From Octopus sinensis (Eukaryota): a DNA stretch of 64,000 nt. The translations under genes and the position numbers were made by a program. Location of the stretch: the NCBI RefSeq assembly GCF_006345805.1, contig NC_043001.1, forward strand, positions 113,956,001 to 114,020,000. Reading direction: 5' to 3'. This document shows positions 63,742 to 64,000 of this stretch, piece after piece. The notes under the pieces are model-generated. The model saw nothing but the letters and a program-made list of their open reading frames with translations, searched no databases and had not been told where the DNA came from. Each line of letters starts with the position of its first letter. The stretch's first letter is position 1.

Positions 63742-64000
63742 GTATGTATATGAGGGACGTATGTGTGGTTGCGCGTGCTTAGTGATATATAAACTAATAT
63801 ACTACTTAAAATGAACCACAAGCGCACACAAAAGATTTTTATCGTTATACACATTTATATAGGGATCAATGTAATGAGTGAATGAGTCACATTTGAAGAT
63901 AGTTTTATTCCTTTAATAAATACTTATTAGGGATCTCGATTCCCTTCGGGAATTTACATTCTAAGGGTTATTCAGTGCAAATATTTATGTGTCAGTAGTA

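Overview
AT-rich, microsatellite-dense eukaryotic DNA, most likely from an octopod cephalopod. This is inferred from tRNA-derived CORE/V-like SINE families resembling the octopus OK/OR SINEs and was not checked against a database. I recognise no host protein-coding exon, rRNA, tRNA gene, CRISPR array or prokaryotic feature, so the window reads as intronic or intergenic. Nearly all long ORFs in the supplied track are microsatellite read-through. The real coding signal is retrotransposon debris: about ten insertions of restriction-like-endonuclease (RLE, R4/Dong-like) non-LTR elements from several lineages, plus RTE, RTE-X-like, CR1-like and Tx1-like LINE fragments, none apparently intact. Also present are three SINE families, mariner-type MITEs, a Helentron-like non-autonomous element, several long palindromes and a 100-N gap (58572-58671). 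There are two main highlights. First, a type I hammerhead ribozyme with a fully intact core lies on the minus strand at 18665-18769, and three further hammerhead-like cassettes with variant or decayed cores all sit beside (TA)n tracts. Second, retroelements appear partitioned by microsatellite: R4/Dong-like copies in (TAA)n with fixed orientation, another RLE lineage in (TACA)n, and the hammerhead cassettes in (TA)n. Boundaries of decayed elements are approximate.
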